Below, in pieces: positions 1 to 10,779 of a stretch of DNA of 64,000 bases (position 1 is its first letter; each line of letters starts with the position of its first letter). This DNA comes from Candidatus Marinacidobacterales bacterium. Lineage in GTDB: Bacteria > Acidobacteriota > Vicinamibacteria > Marinacidobacterales > SMYC01. The position numbers were made by a program, and so were the translations under genes. Under the pieces are notes generated by a model. The model ran no database searches and had not been told where the DNA came from. It saw only the letters and a list, made by a program, of their open reading frames with translations. The DNA lies in contig OZ250169.1 in assembly GCA_965237955.1 (NCBI GenBank), positions 4,352,001 to 4,416,000 of the forward strand, written 5' to 3'.

Positions 1-68
1 TATTCGGTTAGTGGGTCAGCGCACCCAGTGAGAGCACACGCGGTAACGGCGAGCGCGATAAGACGCAT
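1..68 (-). CDS. Putative lipoprotein, N-terminus only (runs off the window)
   Basis: Manual translation from ATG at 68 gives MRLIALAVTACALTGCADPLTE, a signal peptide with lipobox LTGC. GAAGGAG RBS upstream. Confidence 0.6.
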   Translation of the reverse strand, partial: MRLIALAVTACALTGCADPLTE

Positions 69-492
69 CGCTGATCTCCTTCACAATGAAAGCGAATTAT
101 GAATACCATAGAAGTTGCATTTTTGGAAACGAGGGTATTGAACGCGAGCGAGCCGCGCGCGCAATCGCTGTAACTCACGCGTTCTCGGTAGGGGATCACC
201 CTTCAAAACGATTCGGGGGGGATTCTCGTGCGTCGTTTTTGGCGAAACGCGTGTCGCCGATGATGAGATCGGCTTACAAGTGAAAGCCGGGCGCCAGGAG
301 CGGGGTTAGCCTCGCTCCGGCTCGGCGTGACCATTTCGTGACCATTTGGGCTTTTGCCCGGTGCCCGCTAATCCAGCGTATCTCGGTAATTCACTCTAAG
401 CTCACTGTTTATGTTACGGATCCGGTCCGTGGGGCGCGAATGGCTGCCGAAGTCGCAGTTCGCGAATCGAACTGGATGCTGGATGCGGAATG

Positions 493-1395
493 CTACTTAC
501 TCTGCGAGATCACATCTTCGAGCGCGTCCGACAGATCCGGATACTTGAACTCGTAGCCGGCGAAGAGGAGCTTTTTGGGAAGTGCCCGTTGGCCCTCGAG
601 GAGGATTTGGGCCATTTCGCCGAACAGGATCTTCAGGGCGAATGCGGGGGCGGGCAGGAACGCCGGTCGGTGAAGCGCCCGGCCAAGCGCTTTGGAGAAA
701 TCCGCGTTGGTGGCCGGGTTTGGTGACGTTCCGTTCACGGCTCCCACGAGGTCGTCGTTGGCCATCACGTAGCGGAACGCGCCGACGATGTCGTCGATAT
801 GGACCCACGGCATCCACTGCTTGCCGCTTCCAATCGGTCCTCCCACGCCGAGCTTGAAGGGCAGGAGCATTTGTCCGAGGGCACCACCTTTCGTCGACAA
901 AACGATGCCGGTACGCATGCACACGGCGCGGATGCCGAGCCCGAGCGCGTCCATCGTCGCTTTCTCCCACTCCCGGCAGACATCCGGCAGAAATCCTTCA
1001 CCCGGCGGGGCGGATTCGTCGAGCTCGGTGTCGCCGCCATCACCGTAGAAGCCCACGGCGGACGCCGACACGAGAAGTTTTGGCGGGTTCTTCAGGCTCT
1101 TGAGCCCTTCCACGATAAGCTTCGTCCCACGAACGCGGCTTTGTCGAATGGCCTGCTTGCGTGCTTCATTCCATCGCGTGGCTACCGGCTCGCCGGCGAG
1201 ATGGATCACGGCGTCGACGCCCTCGAGACCGCTCGCGTCGAAACGACCCTTGTCCACGTCCCAGGTGATCGTCTCCAGAGGCGGGAGGCTCGCCCGACGC
1301 GTCAGCGCAGCCACCTCATGCCCGTCGCTCGTCAAGCTCGAACGCAGCGCCGTTCCAATAAGGCCGGAAACGCCGCTGATCACGACTTTCATCAC
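493..1395 (-). CDS. TIGR01777/YfcH-family NAD-dependent epimerase/oxidoreductase
   Basis: GxSGLIG Rossmann start, IHLAGE, SASAVGFYG, GSGKQWMPWVHIDD, C-terminal DUF1731-like tail. Confidence 0.92.
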   Translation of the reverse strand: MMKVVISGVSGLIGTALRSSLTSDGHEVAALTRRASLPPLETITWDVDKGRFDASGLEGVDAVIHLAGEPVATRWNEARKQAIRQSRVRGTKLIVEGLKSLKNPPKLLVSASAVGFYGDGGDTELDESAPPGEGFLPDVCREWEKATMDALGLGIRAVCMRTGIVLSTKGGALGQMLLPFKLGVGGPIGSGKQWMPWVHIDDIVGAFRYVMANDDLVGAVNGTSPNPATNADFSKALGRALHRPAFLPAPAFALKILFGEMAQILLEGQRALPKKLLFAGYEFKYPDLSDALEDVISQSK

Positions 1396-1678
1396 GGACG
1401 TCCCGGGCCTGCTTCTACCGCTCCGCTCACAACGGCAACGATACCACGCCCACGGGCTGGCCGATGGCCGATGGCGCAGCTAGAACAGACTCACAAAGCT
1501 CACGGCAAAGACAGGCCCCGCCGGCCAATTCCGACCCCGCACGGAGACTGGTACGGTAACTTCCACGTAGCATCGAGGCGGCATTATCCTGTGAGCGCCG
1601 GGCAAGCCGGTGTGAGGAACTTAATACAGGTTCGTTTGCGAGCGCGATAGTGTCGAAGGCAAAGGGAGTCTACATCTG

Positions 1679-2736
1679 ATGCTGAAACGTCTCGTGCCCT
1701 TATTTGTTGTCGTCATCGGCGTCGCCGCGACCGCGATCGCCCAATGCCTCATCCCGCAGAATCTGATCGTGAGCGGTGGGCTCGGCAAAGACGGCATCCC
1801 TGCCTTGACCAACCCGGCAGTCGTACCGGCGGAGACCGCCACCACGTTTCTCGTGCCCGAGGATCTGGTGCTCGGCGTCGTCATCAACGGTGAAGCCAGA
1901 GCGTATCCGCACGGCGTGCTGTGGTGGCACGAGATCATCAACGACGTTCTCGGGGGCCGGCCGATCCTCGTGAGTTTCTGCCCGCTGACGGGAAGCGGCA
2001 TCGTCTCCGACCCCGACTTGAACGGCCAGCTTCATAACTTCGGCGTCTCAGGGCTTCTCTTCGACAACAACTTGATCATGTTCGACCGCACTACCGACTC
2101 GCTCTGGTCGCAGATGCGACTCGATAGTATTTGCGGCGATTTGTCGGGAACGCGGCCGCCGCTTCTTCCCGTCGTCCAGTCCACCTGGGCCGCGTGGAAG
2201 GCGATGCACCCGACGACCACGGCAGTGAGCTTCGATACCGGCTTCAGCCGGGACTACAACCGCTACCCCTACGGCGACTACGACCGCGTCGACAACGCCC
2301 AGCTGCTGTTCCCGCAAACGACCGTCGATCCCAGACTGCCGACGAAGGAGAACGTTCTCGGGATTACCCATGGCGGGATCTCGCGCGCGTACTCGATGAC
2401 CCGGATGGGGAGTGTTGCGGCGCGGGGCGCGATCAACGACGTGGTGAACGGGCTTTCGGTGCTGGTCGTCTTCGACGGCCCGTCCGAGCTCGCGATGCCG
2501 TTCGATCGTACCCGCGAGAGCGGAGAGGTGTTGACGTTCCAGCTCGCGGAAGACGCCGGCTTTCCGTTTTCGCTGCGCGACCAGGAAACGGGGTCGCTGT
2601 GGAACCTGAACGGTGTCGCCGTGTCGGGCCTATTGGAGGCGAGCGACTCAGGAAGATTCCTGCATTCACCGCGTTCTGGTTCGCCTGGGCGGCGTTCAAC
2701 CCTGGAACGGAGATTTACTCGTTAATAGGTGAGTGA
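1679..2736 (+). CDS. DUF3179-family secreted protein with a 1-nt frameshift near 2630
   Basis: KDGIPAL, RAYP..WHEIIND, FCPLTGSG, FGVSGLL..NLIMFDRTTDSLWSQ. The family C-terminus (FWFAWAAFNPGTEIY) lies in the frame ending at 2736. Confidence 0.82.
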
Positions 2737-4606
2737 TCGCTCGCACCGCAATTGGGATCGCGAGCACGAGAAAAAAGTACGCCGGCATTACGAAACGAGG
2801 CATCTCGCCTGAGGGGAAGTTCTGGATGTAAGCAAACGGGATGAGGTGACAAAAATAAGCGGCCGGCAGGAATCGATGCTCCGATCGAATACTGAGCAAA
2901 AGCCCGAGTGCTCCCAATCCAAGCGTTGCGGCGTTCAGGAACGGAAACAATTGTAGCCCTCTCCAAAACGTCTTGACGGGCAACGCTGTCAGGCCCAAGA
3001 AGCTTCCCTTCGCCACCGCTCCCGCTCGACCAAACTCCGTGAAGTAGCGACTGAAGGACACCGGGCCTTCGCTCGCATCGAGCCCCTCGGCCCGCATCCA
3101 AAACTCGGTGTGAAAACTCACCGCGTAGAACGGATCACCGTGTGCCACGGCGTTCGTCACCAGAAACGGGCCGACGAGCACCAGTAGTATGACGAGTGCG
3201 AGCCCGCCGTATTCGATCCGTTCGCGTCACGAAAGCGGCCAAAGCCTTAGTGCCAGAAGGGGCACGACCACGCTCAGCGCGCTCAAACGGATGAGACAGA
3301 GCAATCCAGACAGAGCACCCGACCACGCTCGGCCGCGCCGGCCCGCGGACAACAAGAACATCGCGGCCACCGCTGCGAGCAGGAAGAACGCATAGGCGCT
3401 CATGCGGTAACCGCTCGGCGCTTCGAGAATGAGCCATTCGTGGAGTGCTACCGGCACGAGAAGGCCTGTGGCCCACCAAATGCCGTGGAGCCTCTTTGCG
3501 ATCAAGAAGAACAGGACGAGGGCTGCGGAGGAGAAGAAAAAACTCTGGATGAGGATCCCGATCTCGCCGCCGGCAAGTTTCAGGAACGGTACGCTCAACG
3601 CGATGTAGAACGGCTCGCGGAACGAAGGCGCGTAAAATGAGCGCAACGAGAACGTCTCTGCCCTTTCGAGGTAGCTCCGGACGTCCGCGCGGTAGGGATC
3701 GTCGGGCGCGTTGGCGGGGTTGAACACGCCATAGTTCGGAACCCAGTGCCTGAGGTGCACGTGAGCGTCTTGACCCGAGTGGACCAAGAGAGCGTCGAAT
3801 CGCAAAAGGCTTCCATAAAGAATGATGACCGTGGCTGCGGTCGCCGGAACCCAGCGGCGCTCGAAAATCTGGACGCGGTACGGGGCGATCCGGGCGAGCC
3901 ATGTCGAAAACGCCCAGAACCAAAGGGTGAATAGCACGAGCGTCGCGTGGGCGCTCAGCCGTTGTGGCTTCCGGCTTTCCCCAGAGGGTGCCCGCAGGAA
4001 ATACTCCATCGGCAAGAGCTCGACAAAAGCCGGAGTGTTCCACCCGAATCGAAGCCGCGCGGGCCCACCGAGCTGTCGATAGACGAGAGAGAAGGAAAGC
4101 TCGCCGCGCTCGAGCACGAGCGTTTGGGTGCCACGAAAACGGGCTTCACCTATGACGATGTTGCATCCGTCGTCGCAGTCGACGTCGAATCGATAGTCGC
4201 CGTCTCCCGGAACTTCGAGCACGGCTTCCGACCGCAGCGTCACGTTGCGCCGGCGTCCGCTCAGACGTCTAAGATCGCGCCGTCGGTCGAGCTGCAGCGA
4301 ATCCGTAATCACGGTGCGATCACCATCCAGCGTCACCGCGAGCGAAAGGGGCGGGTGCAAAGCGCCGGCGCGCGCGAACGCGAGCACGGCGAACGAAAGC
4401 GCGAGCGCTGCGGCGAGGATCGAATCGCGTGCCCCGAGGCGCCTCCCGTTTTGCTTGGGCGTCAACAGGAAGATGGCCGCGAGGAGGAGCAGGATCCAGC
4501 GGAACGCAATTTCCGGAACGATGAAGGGACCGAACCGCGCTCCTTGCTGAGAGAGAAGTGCGACCGCCGCGAGAAGCGTCGGCGCCAGTATCCTCACTCG
4601 GTCCAT
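2696..4606 (-). pseudogene. Polytopic membrane protein (PA14-like loop plus GT-C/PMT-like glycosyltransferase) split by an in-frame TGA at 3227-3229
   Basis: ORFs 3227..4606 and 2696..3181 are in the same frame (LWPLS*RERIEYGGLALVILLVLVGP). Many TM segments and a PA14-like YRFDVDCDDG motif. Confidence 0.62.
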
Positions 4607-5322
4607 TGAGGCTCGCCGTCGGGGAGCTTTCTCTGGAAGTCCTCGAACGCGCGCTCCACGGTGTCGCGCTCCTTGCCGTCGAACGTTACCTTCGTCTCGT
4701 AGGTGGGATCTTGCCAGCGTGGATACGAGCCGATGTCGACGTTCGGGTGCTCGGCGACGGTGCTATCCAGGATTGGTTTCAAGCGCGCCTCGTCGAGCTT
4801 CGTGAACACAGCGCGGCTCACGAACGGGACGTCACCTTTCAGATGCTCGGCAACGATGTCGAGCTTCATCTGGAAGATTTCGGGAACTCCGGGGAGAATC
4901 CAGACGTTGCGAAAAACGGTGAGCGGCCAGGCAGAGCGGTCGATGTACAGCTGCTCGGCGCCCTCGGGGACGTTTGCAAGCAACAGGTGATTGTCGGTGA
5001 CTGCCGGACCGTAGTGGTCGCGGAGAAGCCTTTCCAGCCGCGGCTCGCGGACGACGTCCACTCCGAAAGCGCTTGCGATGGCGGCCATGGTGACGTCGTC
5101 GTGAGTGGGCCCGACGCCGCCGCTGGTGAAGATGTGGTCGAAGCCGTGCGAGAGTGCGAGGACCTCTTTGGCGATCGTCGACACATCGTCAGGAACGACG
5201 AGAACGCGCGCGAGCTCGACCCCGAGGCCGCGGAGCAACCGCGCCAGCGCGTAGACGTTCGTTTCTTGAATCTTGCCGCCGAGGATTTCGTTCCCGATGA
5301 TGAGCGCGGCCGCGGTCTGCAT
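4594..5322 (-). CDS. CinA-like molybdopterin-binding domain protein
   Basis: IIGNEILGGKIQETN, TSGGVGPTHDDVT, LPGVP motifs. Probable start is ATG 5322. Confidence 0.88.
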   Translation of the reverse strand: MQTAAALIIGNEILGGKIQETNVYALARLLRGLGVELARVLVVPDDVSTIAKEVLALSHGFDHIFTSGGVGPTHDDVTMAAIASAFGVDVVREPRLERLLRDHYGPAVTDNHLLLANVPEGAEQLYIDRSAWPLTVFRNVWILPGVPEIFQMKLDIVAEHLKGDVPFVSRAVFTKLDEARLKPILDSTVAEHPNVDIGSYPRWQDPTYETKVTFDGKERDTVERAFEDFQRKLPDGEPQWTE

Positions 5323-5355
5323 GGCGCACTCAGCGTACCGATAACGGACAGACAA

Positions 5356-6258
5356 TCATTGGGCTACTCGGCGGAGAACCGGTGGCGGCAGGCACGTGAG
5401 GGTGACGACGCTCCCATCCCGCGCGGGGTGGGGAAAGCGGATGGAACCTGCGTGAAGGAAATATCCCAGATCGCCGGGGAGCGAGCTCGTCGAGGCGTCC
5501 GGCACGCCGCCCGCCGGGTAGAGCGGATCTCCCTCGAGCGGATATCCCAGAGCGGCCAAGTGAATGCGAATCTGGTGGGTGCGACCGGTCTCGATCGTCA
5601 CTTCCACGAGCGATGTCGACTCGCGATGTTCCAGCAGCCGCACGTGGCTTGCGGCGTGCTTGCCGTCGGGGTTGACGGCGGCCACGCTCCCGAGACGCGC
5701 GTGGGGCACCGGGCCGATGGGCTCGTCGACACTAACCTCCCGCCACGGTGGCCTGCCGTCGACGAGCCCGACGTAGTTCCGCTCCACCGCGCCCGCCTGC
5801 CAGGCGTCCGTGAGGTAGCGGCGGGCAATCTTTCTGCGCGCAAAGAGAGTAATCCCCGAAGTGCCCCGCCCAAGCCGATGAAGCGGCGAAGCCGCTGGAT
5901 CGTACGCCGCCACGCGCCTTAAAAGCGTGCGCTCGAGAAAACCCCCGCCCGGCATCGCCGCCAACCCACGAGGCTTCGCCACCGCTAAAACGTCCGCATC
6001 CCGATAGAGCACGCCGAAGCTCGAAGGCGCCTCCGGCTCCACCCAAGGCGGCCGGTGCCACCCGAGAACCGCTCCAGGAGAGAGCTTCGTCGACGCCTCA
6101 ACCGGGGAGCCGTCCACGAACACACGCCCCGCCTCAATCCGCTGACCCCAAGCGTCCACAGAAGAATGCGGATACCGCTTGACGAGGTAGTCCAACACCG
6201 TGACCCCCGAAGCCGACCCATCCAGACGTTCCGAATAGCGATACCCGCCGTTGAGCAT
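5356..6258 (-). CDS. RluA-family pseudouridine synthase with S4-like N-terminus
   Basis: KPRGL, HRLGRGTSG, TGRTHQIRIHLA, GDPLY motifs. The usual catalytic HRLD reads HRLG here. Probable start is ATG 6258. Confidence 0.85.
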   Translation of the reverse strand: MLNGGYRYSERLDGSASGVTVLDYLVKRYPHSSVDAWGQRIEAGRVFVDGSPVEASTKLSPGAVLGWHRPPWVEPEAPSSFGVLYRDADVLAVAKPRGLAAMPGGGFLERTLLRRVAAYDPAASPLHRLGRGTSGITLFARRKIARRYLTDAWQAGAVERNYVGLVDGRPPWREVSVDEPIGPVPHARLGSVAAVNPDGKHAASHVRLLEHRESTSLVEVTIETGRTHQIRIHLAALGYPLEGDPLYPAGGVPDASTSSLPGDLGYFLHAGSIRFPHPARDGSVVTLTCLPPPVLRRVAQ

Positions 6259-6320
6259 GGCTAGATCCTGCGGAATCTGCACCGCGTCTGCAACCGACTG
6301 GATGCTGGATGCTAACGCAA

Positions 6321-7136
6321 CTAGGGCTTTTGCCCAATCACGTACGCAATCCAAGCCTCTTCGTCGCCCCCACGCTCGACGCGACGGAAAACGCCGTTCC
6401 CTTCATCCGTCTCTTTGTCCGTCCCTTCCCACAGAACGTGAATACCCTGGAAGCCCGCATCCTCCATGAGCTCCCGCATTTCCGGCAACGTCCACAAACG
6501 CCAATCGTAGATGAACGCGTTTTTCATCTTCGAACCGTCTTTGAACGCGAAGTGGATCTTGCACACGATGTGGTGGTTGATCGGGTCGAAATCCGCCTGG
6601 TGCCAAACATACGTGGCGCCCTTCACCTTTTTTTTCTCTTTCATGAGAAATTGAGCCTGGCCTCCGCCCCACGCGTCGAGCGCGAACAGACCTCCCGGCT
6701 TCAAGGCTTTGAAGGCGTTCTGGATGTAAGCGGCAAAGCCTTTTCGCGTCTTGAACACCGAGTAGCTGAAGTTCAAGCCGGCAATCACGTCCGCCTTCGG
6801 GTCTCTCACATCGAGGACGTTGGCCTGGACGAGCGAAATCCTCTTCTGCTGCTCGGGCTCGAGGGAGCTCACGTTGTGCTTGCGCGCCCACGCGAGCGTC
6901 GGGCCGTGGAGATCGACGCCGATGGCGTGGTTGTCACGATGCCGGCGGACGAACTCGCACGAGAGGATGGCGCTGCCGCAGAAGTCCTCACGAAACATAC
7001 GAAGTGGCCTTCCGGTGTACTTCTTGTAGTAGCGCGCGAAAAAGTGGGCATCTTCTTCCGGAGCCTGGACGCTTTCCTGATAGAGGATGTGTTTGTCGGC
7101 GGTGCGAGCGATTGGCTTGGCTTTTTTCTTGGCCAT
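6321..7136 (-). CDS. Class I SAM-dependent methyltransferase-like protein
   Basis: LYQESVQ, REDFCGSA, GVDL, AFIYDWRLWTLPE conserved blocks. Confidence 0.75.
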   Translation of the reverse strand: MAKKKAKPIARTADKHILYQESVQAPEEDAHFFARYYKKYTGRPLRMFREDFCGSAILSCEFVRRHRDNHAIGVDLHGPTLAWARKHNVSSLEPEQQKRISLVQANVLDVRDPKADVIAGLNFSYSVFKTRKGFAAYIQNAFKALKPGGLFALDAWGGGQAQFLMKEKKKVKGATYVWHQADFDPINHHIVCKIHFAFKDGSKMKNAFIYDWRLWTLPEMRELMEDAGFQGIHVLWEGTDKETDEGNGVFRRVERGGDEEAWIAYVIGQKP

Positions 7137-7154
7137 GAGGAAGCCCGAGGAGGA

Positions 7155-7571
7155 CTAGTGAACCGTGTAGGGCTCGCTCAACGTAAACGGTGCGATGGTC
7201 GCGTCGAAGGTCGCGCCGTCGTCGACCAGCATCTGATAGGTGCCGCGCATGGAACCGAACGGCGTCGACAGATGGCAGCCGGAAGAGTACTCGAACGCCT
7301 CACCTGCTTCGAGGGTCGGCTGCTCGCCGACAACGCCATCCCCTCTCACCTCATCGACGTCGCCATCGGCATTCTCGATGATCCAATGACGCGTGAGAAG
7401 CTGGACAGTCTTTTCGCCTTCGTTCGAGATGGTGACCGTATAGATGAAGAACCAGCGATTCTGCTCGGGATGCGACTGCTCTCGCGAATAGCGCGACACT
7501 ACACGCACCCGAACGCCGCGGGTAACGGCTTCGGAGGTGAACTCGTTCTGTCGTCGTTCTAGATTCGTCAA
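7155..7571 (-). CDS. apaG: ApaG (DUF525) protein
   Basis: YTVTISNEG..VQLLTRHWII, GDGVVGEQP, FEYSSGC, GSMRGTYQM. Confidence 0.95.
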   Translation of the reverse strand: MTNLERRQNEFTSEAVTRGVRVRVVSRYSREQSHPEQNRWFFIYTVTISNEGEKTVQLLTRHWIIENADGDVDEVRGDGVVGEQPTLEAGEAFEYSSGCHLSTPFGSMRGTYQMLVDDGATFDATIAPFTLSEPYTVH

Positions 7572-7774
7572 CGGCCGTGCATGCTATCACGGTAGGCACC
7601 AGTGCCCCAACCCGGCTAGTGCGTTCACGCCGTGCCCGTGCCAGATCGCCTCGGTTGCGCGCAGTTTACGTCAACACCGGGCACGTGGACCAGACCCACA
7701 GATCGTGTGGAAAACTTTGTGGAAAAGCTGTGGTGCTGAGGGTCCGCGACCCTATTGATAAGGGACTTATACCG

Positions 7775-8963
7775 CTAGTCCCATGGAACAGAAAAAGCTA
7801 GACAACACTGGCACTTCTGTGATCTGCTAAATGCATGAAACACAAGGGCCGGCGAAAAGCCGAATTGAAGCTGTCGTCTCAAGAAAGCGAAGCGCTGACG
7901 CGACTGGCGCGACGCAGCCGTAGTTCGCCGCACCAAGCCTTCCGAGCGAAGATCGTGCTGGATTGCGCGGCGGGTCTGACGAATATGGAAGTTGCTAGGA
8001 AGATGCACACCATGAGGAGCACGGTGGGCAAGTGGCGAAGACGCTTTGTAGAACAACGAATGGAAGGGTTGTACGACGAACCTCGGCCGGGAGCGGCTCG
8101 CAAAATCGGCGATGACCAGATCGAGGAAGTCGTGACCAAGACGCTGGCGACGACTCCAAAGGGGAGAACCCATTGGAGTACGCGCTCGATGGCCAAGCAT
8201 CTTGGGCTGAGTCATTCGACGATTGGACGTATTTGGCGAACGTTCGGGCTTCAACCGCACCGCTCGGAATCGTTTCGTCTCTCGCAAGACCCACAACTGG
8301 TCGAAAAAGTACGCGACGTTGTTGGCCTGTATATGAACCCACCGGATAACGCGGTCGTCCTGTGCGTCGACGAGAAATCGCAGATTCAAGCGCTCGAGCG
8401 TGCTCAACCTGTCCTGCCCATGAGCTTGGGCCAGCCCGAGCGACAAACCCACGACTACATTCGGCATGGAACGACTGACCTGTTTGCCGCACTCGACGCC
8501 GCAACAGGTGAAGTCTTCGGAAAGTGCTACGCGCGACATCGAGCGCTAGAGTTCAAGAAGTTCCTCGCTGAGATCGAAGCAGCCGTTCCCAGCGAGTTGG
8601 ACATCCACGTCGTGCTCGACAATCTCGCCACGCACAAGACACCGGCGATCAAACGCTGGCTTTCCAAGCGACCTCGGTTCCACTTTCACTTCACACCGAC
8701 ACACGCCTCTTGGCTCAACTTCGCTGAGCGCTTCTTTGGCTTGCTCACCGAACACGCCTTGCGACGAGGCTCGCACACGAGCGTGCCTCAGCTCCGCGTT
8801 GCGATACAAGACTATCTCGATGCTCACAACGAGAACCCAAAGCCGTTCAAGTGGACGAAATCCGCCGACCAAATCCTCGAAACCATCGCTCGGTTCGCCC
8901 AGCGAACGCTCGATACACATGGCAAATCGAATTTGGACAGTAATTAAAGATCCAGGGGACTAG
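7775..8963 (+). mobile_element. IS630-family insertion sequence, copy 1
   Basis: CTAG at both ends. Imperfect IRs CTAGTCCCATGGA / TCCAGGGGACTAG. Near-identical to 25639..26827. Confidence 0.95.
7835..8947 (+). CDS. IS630-family DDE transposase
   Basis: HTH N-terminus, [35 protein letters not shown]. Confidence 0.96.
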   Translation: MKHKGRRKAELKLSSQESEALTRLARRSRSSPHQAFRAKIVLDCAAGLTNMEVARKMHTMRSTVGKWRRRFVEQRMEGLYDEPRPGAARKIGDDQIEEVVTKTLATTPKGRTHWSTRSMAKHLGLSHSTIGRIWRTFGLQPHRSESFRLSQDPQLVEKVRDVVGLYMNPPDNAVVLCVDEKSQIQALERAQPVLPMSLGQPERQTHDYIRHGTTDLFAALDAATGEVFGKCYARHRALEFKKFLAEIEAAVPSELDIHVVLDNLATHKTPAIKRWLSKRPRFHFHFTPTHASWLNFAERFFGLLTEHALRRGSHTSVPQLRVAIQDYLDAHNENPKPFKWTKSADQILETIARFAQRTLDTHGKSNLDSN

Positions 8964-9092
8964 TCCCCTGGATCTTTGATTACTATACAAAGTTAGGCTT
9001 TTCGCCAGCCCATAATATTCATAAGATTCATGCACTTAGAAGGGTTCCGGCAAGCTCTGCTTTATCTAGTTTGTTCTGATACAGGGGACTAG
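8960..9092. mobile_element. 133-bp MITE with IS630-type ends, copy 1
   Basis: CTAGTCCCCTG...CAGGGGACTAG termini, AT-rich and non-coding. Second copy at 62800..62932. Confidence 0.85.
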
Positions 9093-9647
9093 CTTAACAA
9101 CCCCATAAGGGCGATAGTGGAACACGGAAGCCGCTAGGAAACAGGGAAATCCGCCGCCGCTACATGGCTGGGCTGCTGGCGCAGCCCACAGCGCCCGAAC
9201 TCACCGAGGCCGGGCTCGTCCGGCTGTCTCCCAACGGGAGACACGATGACTTATTACGATCCACACCGCGTACCTCAGCCGTTGTAAATAAACGACTTGC
9301 TTAGAAAACGCCCGCTACCACGCACCAAAAAAATCAAACCTAAGCCGCAGGACGGTGACGACGAGCGGAAGCGCCATGCCAAATCCAGCCTCGCCGCCCA
9401 CCGAAAGCGGCGGGCGCGTGTCAAGCCGTAGGTATAAGTCCCATTGATAAAGGCCGAGCAACAATCTGCACAGTTCTTGAGCAAATCTTCTTAGGTGGAA
9501 AGGGCGTGTTTCACGGGGTTTGTAAGGAGTAATCGCGTTTTGTGCGCGGGATCGAAAGCCACGCGTTCTTATCGTGACGGAACCAACCGAGGCCGGTTCT
9601 CTTGTGTAAAACTGCTCGGAAACCTGCGAATTTTCGGAGTACCGCGC

Positions 9648-10652
9648 CTACTCCGCCGCACGCTGTTCCTGGTCTTTCCGGAGCTCTTGGCTGAGCTGAT
9701 AAACGGCCATCGCGTAGTACGTGCTGTGGTTGTATCGCGTGATGACGTAGAAGTTATCGAACCCGAGCCAATACTCGGCACCGTCGCGGTTTTCGAGCGT
9801 GAGCGGGATGGCGCGTTTCGTGCCCGCAAACGCCCCTGGGGCGGTCACGCCTCGCCGCTTGAGCTCTTCCAAGCTGAAACGCGTCGACAGTTTCGATGCT
9901 TCGAATGGGGGTTTGGCTTGTGTGCCTTCGAGGATAGCGGGCGCTGCGACTGGCTCGTTCCGCTGCCACCCGTGAGCGGTCAGGTAGTTGGCAACACTAC
10001 CGATGGCGTCGGTGGTGTTGTCGAACAAATCGCGCTTGCCATCTCCGTCGAAGTCGACCGCGTAGCGCCGATAGCTTCCCGGCATGAACTGCGCGATGCC
10101 CATCGCGCCGGCGTACGAGCCGAGGGGAGTTCCGAGCTGCATCGACTCTTCGCGCGCCAAAAGCAGATAGTGCTCCAGCTCCAGGCGAAACAGGGAAGCC
10201 CTCGCGGGGTAGTCGAAGGCGAGTGTCGTCAATGCCTCGAGAACTTTGAAACGGCCAGTATGGCGGCCGTAATGTGTCTCGACGCCGATGACGGCGACGA
10301 CGATTTCTTCGGGAACCCCGTACTTTTCGCTAGCGAGTGCGAGCTGGGCGCGATTCGATTGCCAGAACCGGCGGCCTCCGGTGATTTTCTCGTTGTTGAT
10401 GAACAGAGACCGGTAGTCGTCCCAGGGCTTTCGCTTCGTCTGCTTGTTCATGAGCTCGACGATCCGGGGGCGAAAACGGGTGTCTCCGAACACTTCCTGG
10501 AGCTCAGCGTGGTCGAATCCGTGTTTGTCGGCCATTTCCGCGATGAACGACTGCACCGCCTGCGATTGCGAGCGTGTTTGGGAGATCGCGGGCGGAACGT
10601 TGCCAAGCGCCACCAGCGTGATGACGTAGATACTTCGTTGGAACATCATCAA
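9648..10652 (-). CDS. mltB: Lytic murein transglycosylase B
   Basis: IGVETHYG, GSYAGAMGIAQFMPGSY, DFDGDG, NFYVITRYNHSTYYAMAV. Confidence 0.93.
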   Translation of the reverse strand: MMMFQRSIYVITLVALGNVPPAISQTRSQSQAVQSFIAEMADKHGFDHAELQEVFGDTRFRPRIVELMNKQTKRKPWDDYRSLFINNEKITGGRRFWQSNRAQLALASEKYGVPEEIVVAVIGVETHYGRHTGRFKVLEALTTLAFDYPARASLFRLELEHYLLLAREESMQLGTPLGSYAGAMGIAQFMPGSYRRYAVDFDGDGKRDLFDNTTDAIGSVANYLTAHGWQRNEPVAAPAILEGTQAKPPFEASKLSTRFSLEELKRRGVTAPGAFAGTKRAIPLTLENRDGAEYWLGFDNFYVITRYNHSTYYAMAVYQLSQELRKDQEQRAAE

Positions 10653-10779
10653 CGGTGGCTCAAACAGCGGCGCAGTCCTCTAAAGCCCTTGTATGGTTGG
10701 CTTGTACGTATTATAACTCACGATTCATGGAGATCATCCCGACCGGTGGCGCGCTCGGCGACGCTCCCTTTCTCGAGCT

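Noticed and set aside
420-480. tRNA-like fragment
   Set aside because: No cloverleaf, no canonical T-loop and no CCA acceptor stem.
3227-3229. In-frame TGA (also at 39187) suggesting recoding or an alternative genetic code
   Set aside because: Many intact genes here end in TGA and use TGG for Trp. A nonsense mutation or base error is simpler.
4558-7562. Long antisense ORFs (4558..5922, 6309..7562, also 9495..11060 and 33634..35040)
   Set aside because: They are shadow frames opposite well-supported genes in GC-rich DNA and have no motifs.
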